DNA from: an uncultured Alphaproteobacteria bacterium
GTDB taxonomy: Bacteria; Pseudomonadota; Alphaproteobacteria; Rhizobiales; Xanthobacteraceae
Reading direction: 5' to 3'
Length of the DNA stretch: 64,000 nucleotides
Assembly (NCBI GenBank): GCA_963794775.1
Contig: CAWCGA010000008.1
Location: 72,446-136,445, forward strand
The translations under genes were made by a program, and so were the position numbers. Shown here piece by piece: positions 1 to 8,322 of this stretch. The first letter of the stretch is position 1, and the number at the start of each line of letters is the position of its first letter. Below the pieces are notes generated by a model. That model ran no database searches and had not been told where the DNA came from. It worked only from the letters and a program-made list of their open reading frames with translations.

Positions 1-77
1 TCGCCAACCAGGCGGCGCAGGCCGTGCAGTCCGAGATCGACAAGCTGGCGGCGCGGCAGGCGAAGACCGGGACCTGA
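1..77 (+). CDS. 3' end of an unidentified CDS (partial)
   Basis: Frame 3 reads ANQAAQAVQSEIDKLAARQAKTGT* with GC-rich third positions; TGA at 75-77, convergent on the next gene. Confidence 0.55.
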   Translation, partial: ANQAAQAVQSEIDKLAARQAKTGT

Positions 78-97
78 GCCGACGCTCACTGGCGACG

Positions 98-886
98 TTA
101 TTTGTTATCGGCCGGCTGGAATCCACCTGCCCTGAAGACGGCAGCAGTGCTAGGGGATGATATGAACCCGATGAATGCCCTGGCGGCGTCCGGCTCCCGG
201 CTGGTCGCGACAACTCCGGCCGCCATCAACGTGGTGTTCTGAATGTCGCCGGGAAGCGGCCCCGCAAGATCGACGCCGGGCGCGATTGATATCTCCGTGA
301 TCTGGCCGATCTGCATTTCAATGTCGCCTCGTGCAACCCCGAGGAAGACATTCTCCGGGGCGTCGCCCTCCGATCTGTCCAGCACGAGCTTCGGCTTCAA
401 ATCTTGCGTAAGGCCAAGCCGCTCGAGCATGCCGGCTGTATAAATGCCGGACGTCGAACCCGTTACCGGATCGCGATAGCCAATCGAACGGGCGGCGAGC
501 AACGCCCGTTTGAAGGCCTCGACAGTACTGATATCGGGTTTCGGTGCGCCCTTCCGCACGGCCACGCCGAGCGAGATTCCCGCAATGTCGACGAGGCTTC
601 CGGGTGTGACCTTGCCGCTGCCTTCAAGCTTTTGAAGCTGCGATCTGGATACGATGACCACATCCGCGGCTTCACCCTTGTCGATCCGGCCGGCAATCGC
701 GCCAGCCGGTCCATATCCGATCGTTGCGGCGTGACCGGATGATCTCTGGAAGTCCGGAATGAGTTGGGACAGTGCCGACTTGAAGGACCCGGATGCGAGG
801 ATCCTGATGTCGGCGGCATCCGCACGCTCGCTGCGCATCGCTGCCAGCAAGGCAAAGCCAACCAGGGCGATCCTCAAATACGTCAT
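98..886 (-). CDS. ModA-like periplasmic substrate-binding protein (molybdate-type SBP family), orphan
   Basis: Signal peptide ending ADA-A; motifs IRILASGS, GVAVRKGAPKPDIST, SIGYRDP..STSG; GGAGG RBS before ATG 886; no permease or ATPase adjacent. Confidence 0.8.
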   Translation of the reverse strand: MTYLRIALVGFALLAAMRSERADAADIRILASGSFKSALSQLIPDFQRSSGHAATIGYGPAGAIAGRIDKGEAADVVIVSRSQLQKLEGSGKVTPGSLVDIAGISLGVAVRKGAPKPDISTVEAFKRALLAARSIGYRDPVTGSTSGIYTAGMLERLGLTQDLKPKLVLDRSEGDAPENVFLGVARGDIEMQIGQITEISIAPGVDLAGPLPGDIQNTTLMAAGVVATSREPDAARAFIGFISSPSTAAVFRAGGFQPADNK

Positions 887-982
887 CGAGCCTCCAGGCG
901 TTCTCAAGGTTGGTGCAAAGCGGACTTCTTTTAGGGCATGATCCGGAGAAGTGCGAACCGCAACATCTGAAAGGCCACCGAC

Positions 983-1826
983 ATGATGATCGGACTAGCC
1001 ATCCCGTTGCCTGCATACACCATCGACCCGGCCTTCATGGCGCGACATGCCGAACGGCTGGGCTTCGAACTCGATCTGGTATGCGGAACATCCCGCCGTA
1101 CCGGTCGAGAGCGCAAGCCCGTTCCCGTCCACCGGCGGCGCCATTCCCTGGACCTATTCGCACTTCACGGACCCCTATATTGCGCTGGCCAGAGCTTCCG
1201 CAGTGACGACCAAGTTGAAGCTCGGGACCGCGATTACGCTGGTGCCCCAGCGCAATCCGTTGCTGCTTGCCAAGGAGGTCGCCGCGCTGGATCACCACAG
1301 CGGCGGCCGTTTCATTTTCGGCATCGGTACCGGGTGGCTGAAAGAGGAAGTCGAGATGTTCGGCGGCAATTTCCAGCGCCGATGGACGCAGACCCGCGAA
1401 GCGCTCGACGTGATGAAGGCGTTGTGGACACAGGATGCGGCCGAGTTTCACGGCGAGTTCTTCGATTTCCCGCCGGTGCGGTCGTATCCCAAGCCGGCGC
1501 AAAAGCCGTATCCGCCCATCCTCATCGGGGGAATGGCGAAGAACGTGCTCAAACGCATCGTCGATCACGCCGACGGCTGGCTGCCCAACCGCGTCACCCC
1601 GTCCGACCTGGAGAAAGCCCGCAAGGAGCTCGATCGGCTGGCTTCAGTCGCCGGCCGCGATCCCCGCTCGATCACCATTTCGGTTTACGGACAGGAGCCG
1701 AGGAAGGATATCGTGCGGCCTCTTTTCGATGCGGGCGCCGATCGTGTGGTCGTGCGCGGCACGCATGTCGAGACCGAAGCCGAGATGAGCGCGCAGCTGG
1801 AGCGAATGGCGGAAGCGGTGCTTTGA
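983..1826 (+). CDS. LLM-class (luciferase-like, probable F420-dependent) oxidoreductase, one frameshift near 1069
   Basis: ORF 983 gives MMIGLAIP..ARHAERLGF, continuing in the 1047 frame as SIWYAEHPAVP..DPYIALA..GRFIFGIGTGW..PKPAQKPYPPILIGG. Confidence 0.85.
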
Positions 1827-1857
1827 GAGGCGATGTTTTACTTTGCCTACCCGGCAA

Positions 1858-2211
1858 CTACTGGCAGGGCCAGGCTTTCCGGAATGCTTCTATCGCCAAA
1901 TCCTCGAGCGGCAGTTGAGTCTTTTCCGGATTGTCATTGAGATAGTTGAGAAAAATCCTGGTGGCCTGAGAGACATGCACGCCCTCCGGGATGCAGAAAC
2001 TGTCTCGTTGCTCCAGTCGCCGGCCGATGAAAAGAAACGGCCTCACGAACCCCATACAGTAGAGCGCCTTTGCCCCTTCCAGGTTTGTTTTTGGCCCTTC
2101 AACCACAAACTGGCAGCTTTCCTTGATGTCGTTGCCGCTCTCGATGGTCTGAGCGAAAGAGGAGCCCAGCGTGGCAATCATGATCGACATTGCTGCTGCG
2201 ATGGCTTTCAT
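1858..2211 (-). CDS. Rap1a/Tai-like T6SS immunity family protein, exported
   Basis: Signal peptide; pattern SGNDIKESC..YCMGFV..FCIPEGV..Q..FLNYLNDNPE..AFRKAWPC with four Cys; GGAGG RBS. Confidence 0.75.
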   Translation of the reverse strand: MKAIAAAMSIMIATLGSSFAQTIESGNDIKESCQFVVEGPKTNLEGAKALYCMGFVRPFLFIGRRLEQRDSFCIPEGVHVSQATRIFLNYLNDNPEKTQLPLEDLAIEAFRKAWPCQ

Positions 2212-2279
2212 TTCGGCCTCCACGACTTCACCACGGCCTTGAACGCCTTGCCGCCTTTCCCGGTCTCATCCGCTTCCAT

Positions 2280-3245
2280 TCAACTCGGCAACCCCGCCTT
2301 CGCGCGAATGGCCATCGACCGCTTGAGAATTGCGTTGGCGTCGGCGTAGCGGCCCTCATCCTTGTAGAGGCCGGCGAGGTTATCGAGGATATCCGCGAGG
2401 TCCGGATGATCAGGGCCGAGCGTCTTTTCGAAAGTAACCACCGACAGTTTGAAAAACCGCTCGGCATCGGCATTACGGCCCTGTCGCGCATAAACAGCGG
2501 CCAGATTGTTCTGCGCCTGCGCAATATCGGGATGGTCGGGACCGAACGCTTTCTCGTTCACGGCAATCGAGCGCTTGAGTAGCCGCTCGGAATCGGCATA
2601 ACGACGCAGGTTGGTGTAGACATCGGCCAGGTTGTTCATCAAAACCGTGGCCTCCGGATCGTTCGGACCGTGCGCTTTCTGGAGAACGGCGAGCCCGCGC
2701 TTGAACAGCGGCTCGGCCAGGTCGTATCTGTTCTGACCGCAATAGAGAGCACCCAGATTGCTGATCGCCAGCACGATCTCCGGATCGTCGCGACTGCTCG
2801 TTTTCTCGCGCATGGCGATCGACCGCTTCAGCAGCGGCTCAGCCTCGGTAAATCGCCCTTCCGCGCGGTAGAGGTCGCCGAGATTATTCAGCAAGTTTGC
2901 GACTTCGGCATTTTCCGGACCGAGCGTCTTCTCCCTGATGGCCAGCGAGCGCTTGTACAGCGGCTCGGCAACGGCGTATTGACCCAGATTGTAGTGGATC
3001 GTGCCGAGGTCGTTCAGCGGCATCGCCACCATCGCATCATCGGGACCGAACTCCTTCTCGCGAATGGCCAGCAACCGCTGGGCCAGCGGAAGCGCTTCCG
3101 CGTACTTTCCGACCCGATATAGTTCCTTGGATTGCTGGTTGAGGCGGCTTGCCTCATCCTGCTCGGCGCGGGATGGCGCGACAGCTGACAGGCTCAGAGT
3201 CAGCGCGGTGACTGCAACCAGGATCGATGCTTTGATGGCCTTCAC
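2280..3245 (-). CDS. Exported tetratricopeptide-repeat protein (kinesin-light-chain-like 42-aa TPRs)
   Basis: Signal peptide (SRA-E); about 6-7 repeats of LNNLA.LY..GRY..AEPL.KRS.A..EK..GPD; GTG start with GGAGG. Confidence 0.9.
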   Translation of the reverse strand: MKAIKASILVAVTALTLSLSAVAPSRAEQDEASRLNQQSKELYRVGKYAEALPLAQRLLAIREKEFGPDDAMVAMPLNDLGTIHYNLGQYAVAEPLYKRSLAIREKTLGPENAEVANLLNNLGDLYRAEGRFTEAEPLLKRSIAMREKTSSRDDPEIVLAISNLGALYCGQNRYDLAEPLFKRGLAVLQKAHGPNDPEATVLMNNLADVYTNLRRYADSERLLKRSIAVNEKAFGPDHPDIAQAQNNLAAVYARQGRNADAERFFKLSVVTFEKTLGPDHPDLADILDNLAGLYKDEGRYADANAILKRSMAIRAKAGLPS

Positions 3246-3346
3246 AAATGCCTCCGTCGCGGCTCCCCGCCTATACGCGCCCTTTGTGTCGTCGGAGGCC
3301 GGGGAGGTTCATGCCGGCGGGTCACCGTGCGGCAATCACGCCATGC

Positions 3347-3462
3347 GACCCCTTTTGGCCCCGAACGGACGTCCGAGACGAGCGCCGACATGTCCGGTTG
3401 TCAGGGTAATGGAGACATTGTCCAAAGGGTCGGCGATATCTGCAAATGACCCGAAGCCGACT
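3347..3462. repeat. Cluster of three degenerate hairpin repeat units (GTCCG..N..AAGCGGAC-like)
   Basis: ccttttggccccgaacggac, atgtccggttgtcagggtaatggagacat and tctgcaaatgacccgaagccgac; similar units recur at 4480-4553 and 915-927. Confidence 0.55.
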
Positions 3463-3575
3463 AAAGGTCCAAGTGTGATTATTTCGTCACAGGCGTGGAC
3501 CGCATCTTCGCATAGACTAGCCTACCAATTGTTTGATCCCCGCGATCAGGTTGCATTTTTTCGTTTGGAGATATC

Positions 3576-4415
3576 ATGAACAAGATCGGGCTCGTTCTAA
3601 TCTCGATAACAGTTGGATCAGCGTTCTCCGGCGCTGCGTTGGCCGCTGACATGGCGGTAAAGTCCCCGGTCTATAAGGCGCCCCCACCGGTTGCGGTTTA
3701 CAACTGGGGTGGATTTTACGTTGGTCTCAACGGCGGTGGTGGCTCGGACCACAGCTGTTGGAACCTGACTGGAGCGAGCGCTGGTGGGGTAACAGTCTTC
3801 GCCAATCCTGCAATTCCGGAAGGGTGCAATAATGCAACCGGCGGAACGATTGGTGGCCAAATTGGCTATCGCTGGCAAGTTACCAACTGGGTCTTTGGCG
3901 TTGAGGCGCAGGGCAACTGGGCGAACTTCAGCGGCAGCAACGTCAACCCGGGGGGTAACGTGCCGGGAATACTTGTGGCAGCAAATGCCTTCAATGACGT
4001 CACCAAAGTGAATTCGTTTGGCTTGTTCACGGGTCAGGTCGGACGGGCCTTCAACAATGTTCTGATCTATTTCAAGGGCGGCGCGGCCGTCGTCAACGAC
4101 AAGTACTCCTTCACGCTCACCCCTGTCGGAGCTGCGCTTGCGGTGCCGGCTGGCGTCGGCGGACAAACGTATGCGAGCGGCTCAGAGACCCGTTGGGGGG
4201 GCACCGTAGGCGCCGGCGTGGAGTTTGGCTTCGCACCGCACTGGTCGGTCGCTTTGGAATATGACCACCTCTTCATGGGTACCAAAAACGTGACACAGAC
4301 TGTGCTTCCTCCTTTTGCTGCTGCTTCGCTCTTCCACAATATCAGTCAGGATATCGACATCGGCACGGTCCGCGTCAACTACACCTTTGGCGGGCCGGTG
4401 GTCGCGAAATACTGA
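3576..4415 (+). CDS. Omp25/RopB-family outer-membrane beta-barrel protein
   Basis: Signal peptide plus AADMAVK..PPP..YNWGGFYVG; GGQIGYRWQ; C-terminus RVNYTFGGPVVAKY; GGAGA RBS. Confidence 0.92.
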   Translation: MNKIGLVLISITVGSAFSGAALAADMAVKSPVYKAPPPVAVYNWGGFYVGLNGGGGSDHSCWNLTGASAGGVTVFANPAIPEGCNNATGGTIGGQIGYRWQVTNWVFGVEAQGNWANFSGSNVNPGGNVPGILVAANAFNDVTKVNSFGLFTGQVGRAFNNVLIYFKGGAAVVNDKYSFTLTPVGAALAVPAGVGGQTYASGSETRWGGTVGAGVEFGFAPHWSVALEYDHLFMGTKNVTQTVLPPFAAASLFHNISQDIDIGTVRVNYTFGGPVVAKY

Positions 4416-4437
4416 TCAGGCCCAACGGCCAAACGGC

Positions 4438-4469
4438 AAAGCCCCGGTATCGTCCGGGGCTTTTTTGTT
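4438..4469 (+). terminator. Rho-independent terminator
   Basis: AAAGCCCCGG-tatcgt-CCGGGGCTTTTTTGTT after the porin stop. Confidence 0.85.
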
Positions 4470-4479
4470 GCCGAGGTAG

Positions 4480-4553
4480 GTCCGGTGATGGCCCATAGCG
4501 GCCACTGTCGAGCCCAGACGCAAGGTCTGCTTCCGGCAATGAAGCGGACATTG
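4480..4553. repeat. Two degenerate hairpin repeat units of the same family as 3347-3462
   Basis: gtccggtgatggcccatagcggcc and gtctgcttccggcaatgaagcggac (stem GTCTGCTTC/GAAGCGGAC with one G-U pair). Confidence 0.55.
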
Positions 4554-4673
4554 TTTCCGCCAAATCCGTAGCCGGCGAAAGTGCGGGTGCCGACGGTCAC
4601 AGCCTTGATAAACTTTGGCGATTTGGGACACTATACCGACGCTGTACCGGGGATACGCAAGGCAGGAGCGCAC

Positions 4674-4928
4674 ATGAGAACGCCTCTGGCTGGATCGATC
4701 GCTTTGATCGTTGCACTCACTGTGGGCGGCATTTGCAGCGCCCAGGTTGTGGTCAAGAAAGAACCGATGGAAGGCCAGCTTAGAACCGGCGCGACGGTGC
4801 TGGTTGATGACGGCACTTGCGGGCAAGGCAAGATCAAGTTGATATCCGCAACCGGCGGCAACGGTAATGAGATCGCGGGCCTCCCGCCGCGTACCAGAAC
4901 GTGCGTTCCGCGAGCCGCGTTGCGTTGA
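4674..4928 (+). CDS. Small exported two-Cys protein, DUF6719-like, copy 1
   Basis: AGGAG RBS; signal peptide; QVVVKKEP..VLVDDGTCGQGKIK..RTRTCVPR. Confidence 0.8.
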   Translation: MRTPLAGSIALIVALTVGGICSAQVVVKKEPMEGQLRTGATVLVDDGTCGQGKIKLISATGGNGNEIAGLPPRTRTCVPRAALR

Positions 4929-4988
4929 CAGGCAGACGCCTCCTGAACTTGCGATGACCTGATTTGGTGAACTGGCTCAGGGGCTGAC

Positions 4989-5225
4989 ATGAAGTTGCTT
5001 TTGACCGTCCTGGCCGTATCGATCCTGATCGCCGCCGCGCACGACAGCTGTAACGCTCAGGTCGTCGTCAAGAAAGAACCGCTGGATATGCGGAACGGGT
5101 CCACGGTGCTGGTCGATGACGGCACTTGCGGAAAGGGCATGCTCAAACTCGTCACCGCCACGCATGGCAACGCCATGCCCGGCGCCCCCATGTACGCTAC
5201 CAAATGTGTTCCCAGGACGAGGTGA
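4989..5225 (+). CDS. Small exported two-Cys protein, DUF6719-like, copy 2
   Basis: Signal peptide; QVVVKKEP..VLVDDGTCGKGMLK..TKCVPR. Confidence 0.8.
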   Translation: MKLLLTVLAVSILIAAAHDSCNAQVVVKKEPLDMRNGSTVLVDDGTCGKGMLKLVTATHGNAMPGAPMYATKCVPRTR

Positions 5226-5252
5226 TTTCGAGGCGTCAGTTCGGAGGCGGCA

Positions 5253-5492
5253 ATGAAAATAATGAAGGGATCGATAGCCCTGGCGCTGTTGCTCGCTTTG
5301 AGCGGCGCTTGCAATGCCCAGACGGTGGTCAAGCAGGAGCCCTTCGACGGGAAGATGGAGCCCGGACAAGTCATTTTGGTGGACGACGGCACTTGCGGGA
5401 AAGGCAAAATCAAGGAAGTGACCGGCGGCGAAATCGGCGCGATGAATCCGAGACCTCGCAGCAGAAGATGCATTCCAAAAGGCAAAATGTGA
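5253..5492 (+). CDS. Small exported two-Cys protein, DUF6719-like, copy 3
   Basis: GGAGG RBS; signal peptide; QTVVKQEP..ILVDDGTCGKGKIK..RSRRCIPK. Confidence 0.8.
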   Translation: MKIMKGSIALALLLALSGACNAQTVVKQEPFDGKMEPGQVILVDDGTCGKGKIKEVTGGEIGAMNPRPRSRRCIPKGKM

Positions 5493-5544
5493 CCGCAGGG
5501 TTGCCCAATCGGTTGCGGGCCAACCAAGTGTTGCCGCAACGACA

Positions 5545-6060
5545 CGACGGGCAAAACACTTCGGCTATTCATAAATGACGCGGAATGTCCAGCCCCTCGC
5601 GCAAAAATAATCATCTTTCCGAAATAGAGAACTTATGATTTAACGAAGACATCCCGCGCTCTCCTGGAGGGGCGTTTCGCGATCGTCACAACTCGTTGGC
5701 GCGGGATGCGATGGACGCGTTGGGCCGCAAGACGTGCGGCGCAATGCGTACGGTCAAGCCGTGTGGTCCTGGCACCTCGACGCTGGTGTCAAGTTTGCGG
5801 GCGATCCGCAGGCGACGGGGGCTAACAAGCCCGACACCCCGGGGAGAGCACGGAGTAAGCCGTAAACCCATTGCGCAGGGAGTGCCGGTTCGTTTCGGCT
5901 TTACCTGTAGTGACTATGCTCGTTTGCTTTTTCAATTCGCAAACGAGGCTGCGGGTGCGGCCAGCGCCCGGCATTCCCTGCGCCCTCTCCTCTTCAAGAG
6001 GGCCGACGGTCTTGCAAACTCGGGCAAAACCATGCTGCGGGAACGCCGTCGCTTGTTCGT
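5545..6060. repeat. Long structured intergenic element, resembling a dispersed Bradyrhizobium-type repeat or ncRNA
   Basis: Several stems: 5873-5888 with 5968-5983 (16 bp, one G-U), 5919-5927 with 5939-5947, hairpin at about 5716-5750; no credible ORF; boundaries approximate. Confidence 0.6.
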
Positions 6061-6214
6061 CATTGCGAGCGAAGATATCTCCCTCGCCGACCCGGCTGCC
6101 GCTGCTGGTATTCCGCCCAGCCGACAGCTACGTTTGGCGCGCGGCCGGGGTTTCCGCCCTCGCCTGCTTGCGACGGCAGCCAATAGCAAAAAGCCGGGCG
6201 ACGGAGGAAACACG

Positions 6215-6403
6215 ATGCGCAGGACGCTGTTGATTTTGGGACTGATCGGGCTTGCGATCGGCCTGCTCTGGATCGGTCAGGGCACGGGCGTTGTCGCCTG
6301 GCCGCGATCGAGCTTCATGATCAACGAGATCCAGTGGGCAGGCTACGGCGCCGCGCTGTCGGCGGTCGGCCTGATCCTGATCTGGCAGAGCCAGCGGCCA
6401 TGA
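6215..6403 (+). CDS. Small two-TM membrane protein
   Basis: GGAGGA RBS; MRRTLLILGLIG..WIGQGTG..SFM..W..YG; stop overlaps the next ATG (ATGA). Confidence 0.75.
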   Translation: MRRTLLILGLIGLAIGLLWIGQGTGVVAWPRSSFMINEIQWAGYGAALSAVGLILIWQSQRP

Positions 6404-7170
6404 CGACGAAACTGTTCGATCTCAAGGGCAGGGTCGCCGTGGTCACGGGCGGCAATGGCGGCATCGGCCTTGGCATCGCCCAGGGGCTTGCGGATGCCGG
6501 CGCCGATATCGCCGTGGTCGGGCGCAACGAGGCCAAGTCAAAAGCGGCGGCCGCAGAGTTGGCCGGGCGCGGTGTCAGGGCGATCGCCGTGGTGGCTGAC
6601 GTCACCGACAAGGAGGCGGTCGCGCGCATGGTCGAGCGCGTCTCGCGCGAGCTCGGCCGCATCGATATCCTCGTCAACAATGCCGGCATCAATATCCGCA
6701 AGCCCCCACAGGCCCTCGAGCTCGAGGAATGGGCCAGCGTGATCGACACCAATCTCACCAGCGCTTTCCTGTGCTCGAAGGCGGTTCATCCCGCCATGAA
6801 GCAGGCGGGCGGCGGCAAGGTCATCAATATCGGCTCGATGATGTCGATCTTCGGCGCGAGCTTCGCGCCGGCCTATGCCGCCAGCAAGGGCGGCATCGTC
6901 CAGTTCACCCGGGCGTGCGCGTGTGCGTGGGCCGCCGACAACATCCAGGCCAATGCGATCCTGCCGGGCTGGATCGACACCGACCTCACCAAGCGCGCGC
7001 GGGTCGAGGTCAATGGCCTGCACGAGCGGGTGCTGTCGCGTACGCCGGCCGCGCGCTGGGGCGCGATCGACGACTTTGCGGGCATTGCGGTGTTCCTCGC
7101 CTCGCCCGCCTCCGACTTCGTCACGGGCGCTGCGATCCCGGTCGACGGCGGCTATTCGATTATGGCCTGA
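6400..7170 (+). CDS. SDR oxidoreductase (KduD/gluconate 5-dehydrogenase-like)
   Basis: LFDLKGRVAVVTGGNGGIG, NNAG, YAASK, VDGG. Confidence 0.92.
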   Translation: MTTKLFDLKGRVAVVTGGNGGIGLGIAQGLADAGADIAVVGRNEAKSKAAAAELAGRGVRAIAVVADVTDKEAVARMVERVSRELGRIDILVNNAGINIRKPPQALELEEWASVIDTNLTSAFLCSKAVHPAMKQAGGGKVINIGSMMSIFGASFAPAYAASKGGIVQFTRACACAWAADNIQANAILPGWIDTDLTKRARVEVNGLHERVLSRTPAARWGAIDDFAGIAVFLASPASDFVTGAAIPVDGGYSIMA

Positions 7171-7186
7171 GGCGCTTCACACAAAC

Positions 7187-7216
7187 AAAAAGCCCCGGCG
7201 CAATGCCGGGGCTTCA
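7187..7216. terminator. Terminator between convergent genes (U-tract on the minus strand)
   Basis: AAAAAGCCCCGGC-gcaat-GCCGGGGCTT. Confidence 0.85.
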
Positions 7217-7237
7217 AGTCAGGGAGAACTTTTGAGA

Positions 7238-8095
7238 TCAGTACTTGGCGACGACCGGGCCACCGAAGTGATAGTTCACGCCAACGCGGGCAATGTGCTC
7301 GTGGAAGCGGTAATCGGCCGCGTAGGTGGCGCCAGGCGCAACCTGGGGCGGCGAGGTGCAGATGCCAGGCGCGGTACAGGCCAGATTAACGGTCTGCTTG
7401 CCCAGATCGACGAAGAGATATTCCGCCTTGATCGACCACTTCGGCGAAATCATCCACTCGCCGCCGCCACCGACGGTGTAACCAAACCGGGTGTCGTCAT
7501 ACGAACCGGCATAAGTGTCAGGCGTCGTCGTAAAGGCAACTGCGCTTGCTGTTTGCACGTGGGCAAAGGCCAAACCGCCCGTCGCATACAGCAGGAAGGA
7601 CGGAGCCACCAGGAAGCCGGCGCGGCCGCGGATGGTCGCGATCCAATCTTCCTTCATGGCATCGCCATGCCCCATGAAGCCACCAAGCGGTGCGGTCATG
7701 GTTTTCACGGTGATGGCCGTCTGGTTGATGCCGGTCCAGCTGATGTCGGCTTCGACACCGCCGACGAACTTGCCGCTCTGCCAGTTGTAGCCGGCCTGCC
7801 CGCCACCGATGAACCGCCCCTGGTTCAAGTTGATCGAGTCAGAGCGGATCGCGTTGACGCCGGGGGTCGGACCGAGACCGCAGGTCACGTCGGTGAGGAA
7901 ACAGCCCGTCGGGTAGTCGTTGACGCGGGTGTCGTTCCATTTACCGCCGACGCTGCCGCCGATGTAGAAACCGGTCCAGGTCCAGATTGGAGCCGGCGGA
8001 GGCATAGCCTTGACAGCCATGTCTGCCGCGGATGCCGAGCCGATGCCCCCAAGCAGCATCGCCGACGCGAGTGCCCATCCAAAGCGTGTCTTCAT
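7238..8095 (-). CDS. Omp25/RopB-family outer-membrane beta-barrel protein (second paralogue)
   Basis: AADMAVKA..WTWTGFYIG; GGQAGYNWQ; WSIKAEYL; VNYHFGGPVVAKY. Confidence 0.92.
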   Translation of the reverse strand: MKTRFGWALASAMLLGGIGSASAADMAVKAMPPPAPIWTWTGFYIGGSVGGKWNDTRVNDYPTGCFLTDVTCGLGPTPGVNAIRSDSINLNQGRFIGGGQAGYNWQSGKFVGGVEADISWTGINQTAITVKTMTAPLGGFMGHGDAMKEDWIATIRGRAGFLVAPSFLLYATGGLAFAHVQTASAVAFTTTPDTYAGSYDDTRFGYTVGGGGEWMISPKWSIKAEYLFVDLGKQTVNLACTAPGICTSPPQVAPGATYAADYRFHEHIARVGVNYHFGGPVVAKY

Positions 8096-8322
8096 GAAAA
8101 GCTCCCCAGTTCAACTAAATTCGAGTTCACCTGGACCCTAATCGTTTGGGGACACGCTCGCGACACGGAACTGCCTTTTCCAAGGCTCCAAGGCTCAATT
8201 TGCGGGCAAGTGTTGCAGCTCTGCAACGAATGACGGCAGCGATTTACCTCCAGGCCGGGACAGCCATGGCCATAAGCAAAATACCGGGCAATACCGGGAG
8301 TTACAGGGAAAGCGAGATTCTC

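Noticed and set aside
5696-6403. 235-aa ORF spanning the structured element
   Set aside because: Only the last 62 codons (from 6215, with RBS) look protein-like; the rest is read-through of the repeat
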